From NCBI GenBank assembly GCA_965197725.1, contig CBDANQ010000051.1, positions 15,150 through 79,149 of the forward strand: DNA of 64,000 nt, in the 5' to 3' direction. Shown here one piece after another: positions 62,756 to 64,000 of the stretch. The notes beneath the pieces were generated by a model. That model was not told where the DNA came from. It worked only from the letters and a program-made list of their open reading frames with translations, and ran no database searches. Origin of the DNA: Longimicrobiales bacterium. GTDB lineage: Bacteria; Gemmatimonadota; Gemmatimonadetes; Longimicrobiales; Gaopeijiaceae. Positions within the stretch are counted from its first letter, which is position 1; each line of letters opens with the position of its first letter. Made by a program: the position numbers and the translations under genes.

Positions 62756-63874
62756 ATGGCGACCGAGAGCCCCGACGGCGTTTCTTCTTCGCCCGATAGG
62801 AAACGCCACCGCCGCGGACTCCTCCGTGCGGGCCTGGCCATCGCGCTGCTCGCGCTAGCCGCGAGTTGTTTGGCGTGCTCCCCGGTCTATGTGATCAAGG
62901 CGGGCATCGCGGAGATACGGATCCTGCGGGCCCGGCAGGACATCCCGGAGATGCTGAACGATCCGACCGTCGATCCCGTCACGAGGGGAAAGCTCTCCTT
63001 CGTGTTCGAGGCCCGGCGCTTCGCGGCGAACGAGCTCGGCGTACAGGTCGGTGATTCGTACACCATGTTCACCCAGCTCGAACGCGACACCCTCGCGTTC
63101 GTGGTCTCGGCCGCGCACAAGGACCGACTCGTTCCCAAGACGTGGTGGTTCCCCATCGTGGGCCGTGTGCCGTACAAGGGCTTCTTCTCCCTCGAGGACG
63201 CGCAGAAGCAACAGGCGGATCTCGAGGCCGAAGGCTACGACACCTACCTTCGCCCCACCGCGGCCTTCAGTACGCTCGGGTGGTTCAACGACCCGATTCT
63301 CTCGACCATGCTCCGCGCCGATGACGTGGAGGTGGTGGAGACCGTGCTGCACGAACTCTCCCATCGGTATCTTTTCGTCTCGGGGCACGTCGGCTTCAAC
63401 GAGAGCTTCGCGACCTTCGTGGGGCGCACGGGCACGGCTCAGTTCTTTTGCACGCGCGAAGGGGGCGGGCCCGACACGCTCAAGTGTCTGCGTGCTCAAG
63501 CTCGTTGGCGCGACTATCAGCGCTTCAGCGTCTTCATCGACGAGATGATGGAAGAGCTGAACGCGATCTACGACGATTCGGGACTCATCTACGAGCAGAA
63601 GGTATCACTACGAGGTGGGGTATTCGAGCGATCCCTCACGCGCTTCGATGCCGATGTGGCGCCGACCTTCGAGTCGGTCACGTTCGGCGGTTTCCGCAAC
63701 ACGCCGCTCAACAACGCCACGCTGCTCACGCGGGTGCGCTACTACCACAGGCTGCCCGACTTCGCGGCGCTCCTGGATGCCCGAGGCGGTGATCTTGCGG
63801 CGGTGCTGGAGGATCTGAAGAGGAACGCGGGCACGGTGGAGGACCCATTTGAGATGTTGCCGGCCGGCGGCTGA
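62756..63874 (+). CDS. Putative zinc-dependent aminopeptidase
   Basis: WWFPIVGRVPYKGFF, AFSTLGWFNDP, HELSH, FNESFATFV. Confidence 0.87.
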   Translation: MATESPDGVSSSPDRKRHRRGLLRAGLAIALLALAASCLACSPVYVIKAGIAEIRILRARQDIPEMLNDPTVDPVTRGKLSFVFEARRFAANELGVQVGDSYTMFTQLERDTLAFVVSAAHKDRLVPKTWWFPIVGRVPYKGFFSLEDAQKQQADLEAEGYDTYLRPTAAFSTLGWFNDPILSTMLRADDVEVVETVLHELSHRYLFVSGHVGFNESFATFVGRTGTAQFFCTREGGGPDTLKCLRAQARWRDYQRFSVFIDEMMEELNAIYDDSGLIYEQKVSLRGGVFERSLTRFDADVAPTFESVTFGGFRNTPLNNATLLTRVRYYHRLPDFAALLDARGGDLAAVLEDLKRNAGTVEDPFEMLPAGG

Positions 63875-63932
63875 CGGGTACGCCTCAGCCGTGGCCTGCC
63901 TGCGGGCCTCCCGCAACGGGGGCGCTCAAATC

Positions 63933-64000
63933 GAGTGCCAGGCAAGGCGGGCGAGCACGACGACCGAGGAGTAGCACAGCTACTTCGCAGGTCGACGCGA
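63933..64000. repeat. Possible structured repeat / MITE-like element truncated by the window edge
   Basis: GTGCCAGGCAAGGCGG lead-in, then nested stems CGACC..GAGTAGC-ACA-GCTACTT..GGTCG. Confidence 0.4.

Overview
GC-rich bacterial chromosomal window. Gene content and protein style suggest Gemmatimonadota (Longimicrobiales-like); this is an inference, not a tested assignment. In order: a peptide ABC transporter operon (oppABCDF, minus) containing a 1231-bp tandem duplication and several frameshifts; an accessory block (about 8.7-21 kb) of mostly exported, poorly characterised genes with small gene remnants between them; a core block (REC-PIG-L fusion, accA, ricT/PSP1, metG, M23 peptidase, two M16-like proteins lacking the catalytic motif, a lipoprotein, fadJ/fadB-like, mocA-like, split xdhC, DUF402); a minus-strand block (VKOR, dsbA, HAD, Thr/Ser dehydratase, gyrA, GT2, a collapsed glycosylation locus, uvrA); a his operon (hisGDCHABF-IE) preceded by a His-rich leader peptide and terminator; a 4.4-kb insert bounded by a duplicated ABC-gene 5' end, holding one near-intact IS1182/IS5-like element, short fragments resembling five other IS families and two intact cargo genes (an MBL hydrolase and an LPMO-like protein whose N-terminal His appears masked); then an ABC exporter, putative glycoside hydrolase, rhodanese, frameshifted waaA, SPFH protein and aminopeptidase. 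No rRNA, tRNA or CRISPR array was seen. Family calls come from remembered motifs; no database search was run. Several frameshifts and both tandem duplications may be sequencing or assembly artefacts.
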